62,590 bases of DNA, filler included, from Chiloscyllium plagiosum (GCF_004010195.1; 6 parts of one record of this genome joined end to end with filler, not necessarily neighbours in it); one strand, 5' to 3'. Shown: positions 50,354 to 62,590, numbered from the whole stretch's first letter. The notes: a model not told the origin generated them from the letters alone. Program-made: numbers and translations.

Positions 50354-52485
50354 GTAGAAAAACATACCAGCACACTTATATCAAATGGGATCGTACATTT
50401 TTTTGTGAGTTTTTTAAAAAAAAACACTAGTCCCATTGGTGAATAGTATCTGTCTACCAGACCAATGCTATATCTCGAATTTGCACATTTTGTAACATTT
50501 ATCCATTTGATAACTATGGCTGGCAGAAATTGACCAATCGTTTGAATGGAAAAGGTCAAGATTGTGGTCGAAGTTAATTGTCCAATGTAGGCCATTTGTA
50601 TCTATCACAATAGTGAAACACTCCACTCCACATGAAACCATGTGGTCTTCTGGGAGAGGGGGTGTGAAGTCTGAGGGATTCCTCTGATCCATCTGGGCAA
50701 TAAAAACCTGTCATGATGATTATTTTGACCCTGACTTCTCTGTACCTACCTCTTGTAACAAATGATGGCTGCCCCAGCTTTTAACTGGAGTAATAGTGCA
50801 TGTTGGTATCTACTGCACAAGACAATGGCTTGTTCTTGGCATGACTGTTTCCTGGCTTGGATTTGGCATCTTAGCTTCAAATTGTAACTCCTGTCCTCAC
50901 TGACCTACTTGATTGGAATAAGACTCTGTCTAGTCCAGGCCCACCTTCATTTTTTAAATCCGATCACACCTTTATGATTCTAAAATATAGTATCCCAATT
51001 TGTTTATCCTAAGATGTCCTCTGTATCCTGCTAAAGCATTATTATCATCTAAGACTGGACATACTGTTCCAAGTAAAATCTGACCAAAGTCATGCAGAAG
51101 AACAAAATAATATGCCTCATCTTGTACATATTTGTCCTAAGATTACGCCCCCAACACTCTTTTTTTTTTCTCTAGCTATTGGTTCACAGTATTGTGTATG
51201 TACTTTAGAGATGTGTATTTTTAAACAGCTCAAATCTCCTCCTTTCATCCCTTTTTAATGCTTTTCCAGAAAGGGTGTATGAATGTGAAGCTTTATTTTG
51301 GACCATAAGCTTCGGGCTGTACTTCTTCAAATTGGGCTTATGACTCCTAACACACTATCTGAAGCAGATATGCATTGTGCATAGTCCTAAGACTTGCACA
51401 GATGTTTATCTGTGAATTTACAGATAATGCCTAAAAAATACATGCAGTTTTTCTTTAAACAAACTTCTATAACCTCTTGGTTATGCTTTCTTTCCAGTTC
51501 CAAAAGTTCAAAAAGCATTAATATATTTGCTACTAGTCCTTGGAAATTTCTCACAATCCGGTAGCAACAAGTAGAACTCCATGAGTTTCTGTTAAACATT
51601 ACATGGAACTGAGATGTATATGAATGTTGCTTCCACTGAAGGTGTAAATGATCTTATTGTTAACTTCCTTTTGTACAGTGTACGTGAACACTCCACGTAA
51701 TGTGATTTTGATGTACTACTGTATCTGTGTTGTTTAAATGTAATGTGGTCTCCCCTGAACATTTTATCAATGTGCTGTCATTTGTCATACACAAGTTATT
51801 CATAATTTGTAGTAGTATGTAGGCTATATTCAGCTAAGTATTAAAATTATTCTCATAAATTTAAAATTATATTTTGAAAATATAAGGATCAAATTTACAC
51901 TTGCCACCAGAAAGGCTGAACTGTTGACTGAGCTGAGCTACTTTCATGTCAATCATTTGTCAAAAGAATGACCCATTAAAAGATTGAATTGTGAAGTAAT
52001 CTAATATACCTCATCAAATAACAGTGAATAATGTATAATGTGCTTTGAGAAGCAGTTGTAATGAATGCTTATAGGATAATAATCTTTCTTTTTATTGATT
52101 TCATATCTTGTGTTACTTTAAAGAATGTATACTAGTTGTAGCAAATCCCAGGAGTTTCAGATTAGGTTATATTAAAGAACAGATCCTCCAGCATAGTCAT
52201 CTCAATTACCTGTCATTGCTTTCTTTATTAACTAAACAATTGAATAAATAACTGATGAAATGGTATAGCAGGGTAGCATTCAGCTTAATGGGAGATTGTG
52301 TGATCGCTGTGAGACCAGTCATCTGTGCAAAACTAGCTCAGACTCTTTAATGCAAAGTTTCCTGTATCACTGTTGAAGAATAACTCGAATTTTGTAACAG
52401 CGCTTCAAGTATGAATGGGAGAAGTGGAGAAAAATAGATGAGGCAGCCAAAAATAAAACCGTGGCCAAAGCTGTAGAAATAGATA

Positions 52486-53355
52486 ATAGATGCAGGAGTA
52501 GGCCATTCTGCCCTTTGAGCCTGCACCACCATTCAATATGATCATAGCTGATCATCCTTAATCAGTATCCTGTTCCTGCCTTATTTCCATAACCTTTGAT
52601 TCCACTATCCTTGAGAGCTCTATCCAACTCTTTCTTAAATGAATCCAGAGACTGGGCCTCCACTGCCCTCTGGGGCAGAGCATTCCACACAGCCACCACT
52701 CTCTGGGTGAAGAAGCTTCTCCTCATCTCTGTCCTAAATGGCCTACCCCGTACTTTTAAGCTGTGTCCTCTGTTTCGGCACTCACCCCACAGCGGAAACA
52801 TGTTGCCTGCCGCCAGAGTGTCCAATCCTTTGATCATCTTATATGTCTCAACCAGATCCCCTCTCAGTCTTCTAAACTCAAGGGTACACAAGCCCAGTCG
52901 CTCCAGTCTTTCAGTGTAAGGTAATCCCGCCATTCCAGGAATTGACCTCGTGAACCTACGCTGCATTCCCTCAATAGCCAGAATGTCTCTCCTCAAATTT
53001 GGAGACCAGAACTGCACACAGTACTCCAGGTGTGGTCTCACCAGGGCCCTGTACAGCTGCAGAAGAACCTCTTTGCTTCTATACTCAATCCCTCTTGTTA
53101 TGAAGGCCAGCATGCTATTAGCCTTCTTCACTACCTGCTGTACCTGCATGCTTACCTTCATTGAGTGGTGTACAAGAACCCCCAGATCTCTCTGTACTGC
53201 CCCTTTACCTAAATTGATTCCACTTAGGTGGTAATCTGCCTTCCTGTTCTTGCCACCAAAGTGGATAACCACACATTTATCCACATTAAACTGCATCTAC
53301 CATGCATCTGACCACTCACCTAACCTGTCAAGGTCACCCTATAATCTCCTAACAT
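52486..53355 (-). mobile_element. Young CR1 LINE 3' fragment with an uninterrupted 244-aa ORF2 C-terminus
   Basis: ORF 52562..53296: MQFNVDKC...RDLGV...RPHLEYCVQFWSP...FFTQRVVAVWNALP. Confidence 0.93.
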
Positions 53356-53359
53356 CTTT

Positions 53360-54072
53360 GAGAGAAAGTGAGGGCTGCAGATGCTGGAGATCAGAGCTGA
53401 AAATGTGTTGCTGGAAAAGCGCAGCAGGTCAGGCAGCANNNNNNNNNNNNNNNNNNNNNNNNNNNNNNNNNNNNNNNNNNNNTTAATTAATTAANNNNNN
53501 NNNNNNNNNNNNNNNNNNNNNNNNNNNNNNNNNNNNNNTGGGTTAGTGGGGGGTGTGGACCTGACGAGGGAGTCACAGAGGGAGTGGTCTTTTCGGAATG
53601 CTGATAGGGGAGGGGAGGGAAATATATCCCTGGTGGTGGGGTCCGTTTGGAGGTGGCAAAATGACGACGGATGATACGTTGTACATGGAGGTTGGTGGGG
53701 TGGTAGGTGAGGACCAGTGGGGTTCTGTCCTGATGGTGATTGGAGGGGCGGGGCTCAAGGGTGGAGGGGCGGGAAGTGGAGAGGATGCGGTGGAGAGCAT
53801 CGTCGGCCGCGTNNNNNNNNNNNNNNNNNNNNNNNNNNNNNNNNNNNNNNNNNNNNNNNNNNNNNNNNNNNNNNNNNNNNNNNNNNNNNNNNNNNNNNNN
53901 TCGACCACGTCTGGGGGGAAATTGCGGTCTTTGAAGAAGGAGGCCATCTGGGTTGTTTGGTTTTGGAACTGGTCCTCCTGGGAGCAGATGCGGCGGAGAC
54001 GAACGAATTGGGAATATGGGATGGCATTTTTACAGGGGGCAGGGTAGGAGGAGGTGTAGTCTAGGTAGCTAT
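53360..54072 (-). mobile_element. Penelope-like fragments on both sides of a linker gap (terminal repeat 53360-53438; RT C-terminal region 53539-54072)
   Basis: SYLDYTSSYPAPCKNAIPYSQFVRLRRICS is typical of the PLE RT C-terminal domain. Confidence 0.88.
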
Positions 54073-57000
54073 TGAATTGTTGAGTTGTGCGCAATCGAGA
54101 AAACAAAAACATAGCAGGAAGAAAAATTTTGTGTCAAACACATATATACCAGAAGTGGTCATAGGTTGGGCAAGAACTATAAAATGGATCATGCTGATTA
54201 ATAGATTTGTTGAGTAGAGCTTAACCCTCAGTGATTTGGCCTCATGCCCAGGGCTTTATTCTCAAACCTGCTCAATTTTGAACTGTGTTTATGCAGAGAT
54301 TATTTTAGTAATAAGTAACTACACCAAGGAAGCTATTATTTGTGCTTTAATTTTGATAAACTTGTGTATTTGCATATTTGTCCTGGTAGGAATTGTCAGG
54401 ATTTATCTTGGTCATTTGAAATTGGAGTGCAAATGTGTTTTGTTGCTCTGATGCTTTGCTTTCCAAGATATAAATAATTTACTGCATTTGTGTTACCATG
54501 GATAGCAGTGACATATAGTGTCAGACTAATGTACCAAAGACATCACTACACTTCACAGACACAGCCATTTCAGAGGTAGAGTAAGAAAAGTAGAGGCATC
54601 CAATCTTTCACCTGAAGCAGAATCAATTCTAGCTCTGTTGTTCACCATGTAGAATGTAAGTGGACCTCATACTCAGTTTGAAGAAGGCAGATTGATGACA
54701 ATTTAAAGGTGGCTGGAAGATTCATCTAGCTTGGGCTAAAGGGAAGAGATGTCTGATGTAACCTTCATGGTGAAAGTTGGTTCTGGGTTTAGAAATTCCC
54801 TGGTTAGGAAAATAACAGCATGGATGCCATTGGGAACAGAGAATAAATTTGGACTGTCCACAAAGTATCCATTTAAGGGGCAACACAACATCCAGTCATA
54901 GCAGGAGATATTCAGTGTTCTAACCTAAACAAGATAATTTGTTTTGTGGTTTGAAGTACACATTGCCTACTCAACAGTGTTTATTAAATGGTGCTTTTGA
55001 TTTGTTTATTACAGTGAAAAAGCCTTCAAACAATAAATCTTCTTGTGTGATCCTTTCAGTCAGTTGCTAATAATTCAAATCTTTCTTGTTTTAAAGTTAT
55101 TGGCCTCCATGGAAATCAAAAAATGTAAACTAAAGTAAAAAGTAGATTGCTGTAGTCCTACCAGACTATAAGGCTGCTCTCTCATTAGAGAGAGACAATG
55201 GTGGTGGTTTAACCGGAGGGTCACCACGTCTCAGATGAGGGAAGAGGTTGTGAAGGAGACTCGTTCTTGGCAAACTCATCAATTATAGGAAGTGAACCCA
55301 GGCTGTTGGCATTATCTATGTATTGCAAACCAACTATCCAGCTAACTGAGTTAACTGACCTGGATGACTACCGTGACACCATTGGCAGAGAATTATATTC
55401 ATCTTCTATACAGCATGGCTGTGTATTGTTTCTTATGCATCTATATTTACTTGAGCAAGATGCTTTTGTGTTATGAATGTGACCGTTCCAACTGCTATCA
55501 ATTACCAATGTTGGACCCCTTTGGACATGGGCAGCTATCTGTGTAGGGGCAGTCATGTGAGCAGCAATGAGACAGTTAATGTCTGCATGATCAATGATCA
55601 CTGTAGTTCATGTGGCCAAAACAGAAATTATAAGTTGAATTCAAAATCTCTGGAGCCCAGTGACATTACCAGTGATGAAAGGTATCCCTTCATTTCAGAT
55701 CTCTATCTGTGAGCAAGAAAATGGCTCTAGTGTGAAATGTGAAAGTCGTCTAGAGAGGAGTACATTGCATTGTAGTCAAAAGGCAAATGTTGTTTGTATC
55801 TTTTATTATTCGTTCATGTAATAAGGACATCGCTAGCTCAGCCAGAGTATGTTGCCCATCCCTATTGCTGTTGGTCTGGAGTCACATGTCGGTCAGAACA
55901 GATAAGGAAGGTAGTTTCCCTCCCTAAAGGAGAGGGAAACTGAAGGACATTTAGTGAACCAAATGTTTTTTCTTCCTGTGCATTAACAATGGTCACCGTT
56001 AGATTCCAAATTCCAGACTGTTATCAAATTCAATTTCCACCATCTGCCATAGCTGAATTCAAGCCCAGGTCCCCAGAATATTTCTTGAGCCTCTGGACTA
56101 ATAGTCCAGGGGTAATACCACTAGGCCATTGCCTCCCCTGTGTGTTGAGGGGAGTTGTTGATGAGTATGCGATATAAAAAGGAGACTTGGTGCAGTGTAC
56201 TGTTGTTATTATAAAAGATTCAATTGCAATAGAGGAAGGAAGATTTCTTGTACTGGAGAAGTATGTATTGTGTAGACTGATGTTGTGTGCTTTGACAAAG
56301 CATCTTCCTAAGAACATGAAATGGAAAGGCATAATTCTGTCCTTTCTCACCTCAGTAAAGTTATTGAACAGTCTTTTGCACTTGATCCATGACATTTGCA
56401 TTATGTTCTGACATTTACGTTCTCAGCTATTTCTTATCAAGCCTATCTTGGCATTTGTCTGCTCAGTCAAAACTTAGAACAGTATGCCAAAAAAAAGTGC
56501 CATCTCAGCAGATTGCTCTTACCAAATTATCCACATGTATGCCAGCAATAAGTAAGAAATGAAAGGATGTCTTTGCTTTAAGAGAGATTTTAATTTGAAC
56601 TCAGACCTGTGGAATTCTCCTCCCTCTAACACCATAAAAGCATAGGCACCTTGACAGCACAATTCAAATGAGGCTGGGCCATCAAAATATTCTGGATCTC
56701 CTGCTGGTGCCATCAGTGTATCAAGTTTTGGGGATGGAGTAGGGGGCTGCATGATGGCAGGTGCCACCAGCTTGATGCACTCTAAGTAATAATCTATACA
56801 ACTCAGATGATACACACCATCTTGCATTAGTGTTAGGCCACTTCAAAGTAACCAAAAACTAGTAATTTTTCTTAACCTCCAAAACTTAATCCTGAAAATT
56901 GGGTACAGCACCAAATATAGTACAGAAATTTCACAGGAACTGTTGGTATTTAATTGCCTTCAGCTATTTCATTTACTTCGATGGAAGGAAATCACGTTTT

Positions 57001-57700
57001 TGAGGGTTGGTGGCCACCTATTTGCTGTGCAACAATCTTTATCTCAGCAGTGTCAATGTGAGTGAGTCCACTGCAGATGGGACACCTTAATCAGGGACAA
57101 GGTGAGACCAAGACCTTGCCTGAATCATGCTGACTGGATCGAGAAGGAGGGATGCAACTGAAAATGACTGGGTGGGGTAAAGGAAAATATGGGCTTGGGT
57201 AAAACTCCAGGGGAGGAAATGGCATCTCTGATGGGAACAGGGTGACCAAACATGAGGTATCCTACCCCTGACCTTACAGCATGCACCAGCCCTTACTGAG
57301 CAATGTATGCACTTGGTTTGTACTCCTCTTCATTGTCTCGTGGGGTTGTAAAATTGAGACCGTCATTATTGTCATGCCTGATACGCTTCGGACAAAGTAA
57401 CTACTGAAGCTTATATTTAACTATTTTGCTCTTTCTTATGAGCATTGGGCTAGTTAAAATTCTCTTGAAAATTCCAGATTCATGAATTAAGGTTAAAGCT
57501 CAGTAAGTACATTGTTTCTATTTTAATCTCATAACTAGAGATCTTTATTCAAGATTATTTGTGAAGTTTAACATGGAGAACTGCATGCAGTATTTCTTTT
57601 TCTCTATTTATGAATGTACTCATCTTAATCTTCAAATGGACACACAAAATGAAATGAGCATTATATTAAAACATGCTGTCTACTTCATCTCATATTACAG

Positions 57701-57789
57701 ATAAATTTGAGGACAACCTACGATCAAGTTACTTTTGGAGACCAAAAGGTGTGGAGCTGTGTTTTGGAATCAAACACTATGCTGGCAAG
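57701..57789 (+). CDS. MYO3B: Myosin IIIB motor-domain internal exon ([30 protein letters not shown])
   Basis: tacAG acceptor and aag|GTataa donor; contains the myosin FGIxHYAGK motif; KGVELCFG matches recalled MYO3B rather than MYO3A. Confidence 0.9.
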
Positions 57790-57874
57790 GTATAAACAAT
57801 TTTTAAGAGAGAAAGAAGATTGATATTTAAAATGCAATTCTTTCATATTAGCTTTATTAAAATGGGCAATAGAA

Positions 57875-59395
57875 TTTTAGAGTCATACCACACAGAAACA
57901 GAACCTTCAGTCCAACCTATGCATGCCGATCAGTAGCCCCATCTATCTGCATTATGCCCTATCCCTCCAAAGCTTTCCTATTCATGTACCTGTCCAAATG
58001 TCTTCTAAATGTTGTAGTTGTGTCTGCCTCTAAGACTTGCTCTGGCAGCTTATTCGATATATGCACTACCATCTATGTAAAAAAGTTGCCCCTTAGGTCC
58101 TTTTAAATCTTTCCCCTCTCACCTTAAACCTATGTCGTTTAGTTTTGGACTTTTCTAACCTTGGAAAAAGACCTTGGCTATTGACCTTAGCCATGCCCTT
58201 CAGCCTCTGATGCTCCAGCTAAAAACGTCACAATCTATTCAGTGGACAGGGTTGTTAAGAAAGCATATGGTGTTTTGGCTTTCATGAACAGGGGGATTGA
58301 GTTTAAGAGCTGGGAGATCTTGTTGCAGCTCTATAAAACTTTGGTTAGACCGCACTTGGAATATTGTGTCTAGTTCTGGTCGCCCTATTATAGGAAAGAT
58401 GTGGATGCTTTGGAGAGGGTTCAGAGGAGGTTTACCAGGATGCTGCCTGGAATCTTATGAAGAGAGGTTGACTGAGCTCGAACTTTTTTCATTGGAGAAA
58501 AGAAGGAAGAGAGAGGACCTAATTGAGATGTACAAGATAATGAGAGGCATAGATAGTGTTGATAGCCAGAGACTTTTTCCCAGGGCAGAAATTGTTAACA
58601 CGAGGGGTCATAGTTTTAAGCTGTTTGGCGGAAAGTATAGAGGGGATGTCAGAGGCGAGTTCTTTACGCAGAGTTGTGAGAGCATGGAATGCGTTGCCAG
58701 CAGCAGTTGTGGAAGCAAGGTCATTGGGGACATTTAAGAGACTGCTGGACATGCATATGGTCACAGAAATTTGAGGGTTCGTACATTAAATTTACCTTAC
58801 CTGAGGATCAATGGTCGGCACAACATCGTGGGCTGAAGGGCCTGTTCTGTGCTGTACTGTTGTATGTTCTATGTTCTCCATATGACTCAAACCCTCCAAG
58901 CAAGGCAAAATCCTTGTAAATTTTTTTCTGTACGCTTTCGAGCATAACAACAACTTTTCTATAGCAGGGTGACCAGAATTTACACAGTATTCTAAAAGAG
59001 GCCTCAACAATGTCTTGTACAGCCTCAACATGACATCCCAACTCCTATATTCAATGCTCTGACAATGAAAGCAAACATGCCAAACACTTTCTTCACCTGC
59101 GATGTCACTTTCAAAGAACTATGAACTTGCACCCCGAGGTCCCTCTGTTCAACAATGTTCCTCAGGGCCCTACCATCAACTGTGTAAGCCCTGCCATGGT
59201 TTGCCTTACCAAAATGCAACACCTCACATTTGTCTAAATTCTTGGTGCTTATCGGCCCATTGGCTCACCTGATTCAGAACTCATTTTACTATTAGATAAT
59301 CTTCTTTACAGTCCACTGTGCCAAGAATTTTAATGTCATCTGCAAACTTACAAACCAATCCTTCTATATTCTCATCTAAATCACTGATATAAATA
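57875..59395. mobile_element. Antisense CR1 interrupted by a sense CR1 (58241-58877) in a MYO3B intron
   Basis: CR1 ORF2 C-terminal peptides on both strands; (ctatgtt) tail at about 58860-58877. Confidence 0.85.
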
Positions 59396-59556
59396 ATGTA
59401 GTAAGTATGACTTGATATACATTATTGGGCACTTCCATTTTAAAATAAAATAGCTTCTATTTCCATCAGGGTATTTCTAATTTCTGACAGTAAAATATAA
59501 TAACACAGAATATTGGATATTTCAGTAATGTTCTGTCACTGTTCAATACTTAACAG

Positions 59557-59686
59557 GTTTTTTATGATCCATGCGGTTTCCTTGAGAAAAATAGAGACAC
59601 ACTTCCTGCCGATATAGTAGTTGTACTTAGGACATCAGAAAATAAATTGCTGCAGCAACTTTTTTCCAGTCCACTCACTAAAACAG
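59557..59686 (+). CDS. MYO3B: Myosin IIIB motor-domain internal exon ([43 protein letters not shown])
   Basis: aacAG acceptor and cag|GTagga donor; 130 bp; in frame with the previous exon; myosin FLEKNRD motif. Confidence 0.92.
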
Positions 59687-59699
59687 GTAGGATTGCTGT

Positions 59700-59800
59700 T
59701 GGATTGTCTGCATGGCACTCTATAGCCTTTAATGTATCATATACTGGAACTGGATTGTCTGCATGGCACCCTATAGTCTTTAAAGCATCATATACTGGAA
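59700..59800. repeat. Two-copy tandem duplication of about 51 bp
   Basis: tggattgtctgcatggcac.ctatag.cttta...atcatatactggaa at 59700-59750 and 59751-59800. Confidence 0.9.
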
Positions 59801-59924
59801 TTAATATTATTTGAATTTGGTTCCATGGTCATTGAGCAAGCTAGGTTGAGTATTAATGATATTTGTCCTTTTTTTCAAAGCCATAAAATATAAGAATTTT
59901 TAATGATAGGAGTCCTTTGAAATA

Positions 59925-60478
59925 GTATGTGATATTGGAGTATTGTACGCAGTTTTAGGCCCCATACCTCAGGAAGGACGTACTGGCCCTGGAATGTGTT
60001 CAGAGGAGGTTCACGAGAATGGTCTCAGAAATGAAAAGCTTAACATTTGAGGAACTTTTGAGGAACTCTGCGTCTATACTTGATGGAGTTAGGAGGATGA
60101 GGTGGTTCTAATTGAAGCATACAGAATACTAAATGGCCTTCTCAGAGTGAATGTTGGAAAGATTTTACTATTGGTAGGAAAAATTAGGACCCGAGGGCAC
60201 AGCCTTAGAAAAAAAGGAAGATCTTTTAGAACGGTGATAAGGAGAAACTTTTTCAGCCAGAGAGTGGTGAATATTTGAAATTCATTGCCACAGAAGGCTG
60301 TGGAGGGCAGGTTATTGAGTACATTTAAAACTAAGATAGGTTCTTGAGTATCAAGGTGATCAAGGGTTACGGAGAGAAAGCGGGAGAATAGGGTTGAGAA
60401 ACTTATCAGCCACGATTGAATGGCAGAGCAGATTCGATGGACTGAATGACCTAATTTCTGCTCCTATGTCTTATATAT
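59925..60478 (+). mobile_element. CR1 3' fragment
   Basis: LEYC...[12 protein letters not shown]...FFSQRVVN; similar to 26640-27190. Confidence 0.8.
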
Positions 60479-60619
60479 TCCTACAATATGACATGGTATC
60501 TGTTGGCTACATGTAAAGATCTTTACAATGAGAGTAATCTGATATGTGGTTAGGACAAAATCCCCAGCACCCTTAATGTGGTTATGTGTACAAATACTGA
60601 GAATATGGATATGTTTTTT

Positions 60620-60910
60620 TTAGATTAGATTACGTACAGTGTGGAAACAGGCCCTTCGGCCCTTCAAGTCCACACCGACCCGCCGAAGTGCAACCCACCC
60701 ATTCCCCTACATTTACCCTTTTACCTAACACTACGGGCAATTTAGCATGGCCAATTCACCTGACCTGCACATCTTTGGACTGTGGGAGGAAACCGGAGCA
60801 CCCGGAGGAAACCCACGCAGACACGGGGAGAACGTGCAAACTCCACACAGTCTGAGGCGGGAATTGAACCCGGGTCTCTGGCACTGTGAGGCAGCAGTGC
60901 TAACCATTGT
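60620..60910 (-). mobile_element. HE1-type SINE
   Basis: Reverse complement of the HE1-like consensus, with (tagat)n tail at the left end. Confidence 0.9.
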
Positions 60911-61400
60911 ATGTTGTATAGGACCTGAAAAAAACTTGTTAACTTTGACAATACAATTGGAAAATACAATTAAAAATCATGTGATAAAAATTAATTTTGC
61001 TCTTAAAATTACTGCCAGTATAGCAGGATTTAATATGTTCAGATGGCAATTGTGCTATTTAAAATCAAATGCTTTTTGGAGAGGTTGAATCAAAATATAT
61101 TTAAATACATTGACATATTTTTAAAAAGATAGAAATGTTTGATGTTTTAAAAAAACAGTAGTGATTTTGGCAAAATTCTAAAAGTTCTTCCTTTAAATAA
61201 ATTACAGCCAATGGCAAAATTAGCGTCAAACTTGAAATAACACAAATATTTGATGTTAAAACTAACTCAAAATACAAATATGTGTTGAAAAGTAGTTACT
61301 ACTATTCAGATTATAATTAAAGAAAAATACTGGATTAAAAACTTGATTAGGAGCAATTGATTTCCTGTAAATAAACAGAATAAGGCTCCATGTAAGATAA

Positions 61401-61524
61401 ACTAGGAGAAAGTGAGGACTGCAGATGCTGGAGATCAGAGCCGAAAAATGTGTTGCTGGAAAAGCGCAGCCTGCTCCTTGGATGCTGCCTGACCTGCTGC
61501 GCTTTTCCAGCAACACATTTTTCA
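61401..61524. mobile_element. Minimal palindromic PLE terminal-repeat insertion lacking the hammerhead core
   Basis: 16-bp direct repeat gctccatgtaagataa at 61385-61400 and 61525-61540; inverted arms aaaatgtgttgctggaaaagcgcagc and gctgcgcttttccagcaacacatttt. Confidence 0.85.
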
Positions 61525-62162
61525 GCTCCATGTAAGATAAGTCAAGTGAAATAGTTGACACTGCTACACAAATAGGGCAGCCTAAAATGGCAGAAATTTG
61601 ATAGCAGCCAAAATGTACTTTAATACCAGTTGCATCTTTAAAAGAAGAGCATGCAAACTAAGGTATGAACCTTGACTAAAAGTGAGCATAACCTTGACAA
61701 ATGATGGATCTAGACTTGGAGAGCAGGAACCCAAAACAAAAGAGGAGCAGTCAATGCATTAAATTCAGCCACAGTAGATTAAGTTAAAAGGGAAAATTTT
61801 AATGTCACATGTTTGAAGAATATTGGTCTGAATTTTATCCTCAGCCTTGGGACCTTAGGGCAAGAAGCAGGTCCAAACCTTGCAACTGCTGCTGGTGAAT
61901 CTAACTCTTAATTGTCTACTCATCGTTTGTGGGTGGGTTTGTGATGCTGCTGGCCGCATTAGTTGATGGCACACTTAAGTGATTTTTACTGGTCACATTG
62001 CTAGATAGCCTTGATTCCAAAACTGCAACCTTAGTTTTAGAGCTTCAACATGCAGATGACACTTCTGTGTGCTCTCACTCGGAAACCAAACTATAGGTCA
62101 CCGTGGACTCCACTCTCAAAGCATGTGAGAAGATGGGCACCTGATTAAAGACCTGGAAAACC

Positions 62163-62590
62163 AAGATTTGGAGATGCCGGTGTTGGACTGGGGTGTACAA
62201 AGTTAAAAATCACACAACACCAGGTTATAGTCCAACATGTTTAATTGGAAGCAGACTAGCTTTCGGAGCGACACTCCTTCATCAGGTGATTGTGGAGGGC
62301 TCGATCGTAACACAGAATTTATAGCAAAAATTTGCAGTGTGATGTAACTGAAATTATACATTGAAAAATTGATTGTCTGTTAAGCCCTTCATCTGTTGGA
62401 ATACAGTGATAGTTTCACTTCTTCCATGTGTAAATCACAAAACCCTTTTTTTTAAAGTTGCATTCTCGGAGGAAAGTGGCTGAGCAGAGGCTGATAGCTA
62501 AGTTCGGTACCCATAGGGAGGGCCTCAACCGGGACCTTGGGTTCATGTCACATTACAGGTGATCACCATTGCACTACACACACACACACA
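62163..62590. mobile_element. PLE family 2: inverted terminal repeat (minus, hammerhead 62257-62285) joined to a + strand GIY-YIG C-terminus and (CA)n
   Basis: Minus strand CUGAUGA-A-GGAG-UGUCG-CUCC-GAA-AGCU-A; plus strand EQRLIAKFGTHREGLNRDLGFMSHYR* at about 62482-62562. Confidence 0.82.

Noticed and set aside
49630..59686. Dynein-myosin III fusion gene
   Set aside because: Exon phases are incompatible (0 versus 1), giving a premature stop, and an artificial gap lies between the two parts.

Overview
Eukaryotic, repeat-rich vertebrate genomic DNA. HE1-type SINEs and the CR1/Penelope repertoire suggest a shark (inference). Three protein-coding genes are partly present, all on the + strand: the last five coding exons of CIR1 (890-39539); the first two coding exons of a DNAH9/11/17-class axonemal dynein heavy chain (49630-50353) behind a CpG-rich region; and two internal motor-domain exons of MYO3B (57701-59686). 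Most of the rest is nested transposon debris: CR1 LINEs, tRNA-derived SINEs, two Gypsy LTR elements with Gmr1-like domain order, a decayed Harbinger-like Myb/SANT remnant, and many Penelope-like elements (PLEs). The PLE termini carry minimal hammerhead-ribozyme motifs (CUGANGA-A-stem II-GAA-palindromic tetramer) in two covarying families, including a short TSD-flanked element with tandem and inverted copies. Five 100-bp gaps contain an artificial TTAATTAATTAA linker, so adjacencies across them, especially dynein to MYO3B, are not proven. Gene and repeat identities come from my recall of the families, not from a database search, and repeat boundaries are approximate.
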